From positions 1 to 64,000 of the forward strand of contig NIVC01000548.1 of assembly GCA_002269645.1 (NCBI GenBank): a DNA stretch of 64,000 nucleotides, read 5' to 3'. Position 1 is the first letter of the stretch. Each line of letters starts with the position of its first letter. Below the pieces are notes generated by a model. It was given only the letters and a program-made list of their open reading frames with translations. It ran no database searches and was not told the origin of the DNA. The position numbers were made by a program, and so were the translations under genes. Source of the DNA: Macrostomum lignano (taxonomy: Eukaryota). This document shows, piece after piece, positions 63,705 through 64,000 of the stretch.

Positions 63705-64000
63705 TGAGGGGTATCCAAAAAGTAGTGGGAATTTTCAATGTACTTCATAGCTAGTCAGATAAATAAATGGTGTTGACATTTCAAGAAAGCAGCTTTATCT
63801 ATCTATGCAATACGTTTTGAATTATGTTAATATCTCTTGGCATTTAAAAGTTGTGAGCAATTTAGTGCAAATTAGATGCATGGTACCCTTTATTGCCTCA
63901 GCTCTGATGACTAAGTGTAATGGAAGCATGTTGAAAATGATGTTGAGCTACTATCCTTCTTAGTTGAGCAAAAACTAAAAAAACATTTTCAAATAGTAGA
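63705..64000. mobile_element. Left end of a further mariner-like element running off the window
   Basis: ta+tgaggggtatccaaaaagt resembles ta+cgagggg..caaaaagt with a CpG-to-TpG change. Confidence 0.45.

Overview
Eukaryotic (animal) genomic DNA. The gene content, intron structure and dense minisatellites suggest a free-living flatworm such as Macrostomum, but this is inferred from sequence style only. Six spliced protein-coding genes lie head-to-tail on the minus strand: TMEM167B/kish-B, RPS9, SPCS3, LETMD1, and two tandem 14-exon SLC26/SulP anion-transporter paralogs (about 975 and 976 aa). Roughly 22 kb of the first 51 kb is tandem repeat, which explains nearly all long ORFs in the supplied track as artefacts. 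Transposon remnants include a mariner in SLC26 copy A, an internally deleted Tc1/IS630-like element, a hAT MITE, a decayed CMC/EnSpm-like transposase, further mariner fossils, a possible LTR with primer-binding site, and a 309-bp fold-back. The most interesting signals are: intronic minisatellites whose units contain splice donors or acceptors; SLC26 paralogs with a remodelled anion-binding pocket and patchwork homogenisation; a possible trans-spliced operon; a small array of hairpins with co-varying stems; and sharply bounded CpG-depleted domains. All exon models were derived by hand from GT/AG boundaries and phase continuity, and all protein family calls come from remembered motifs, not database searches.
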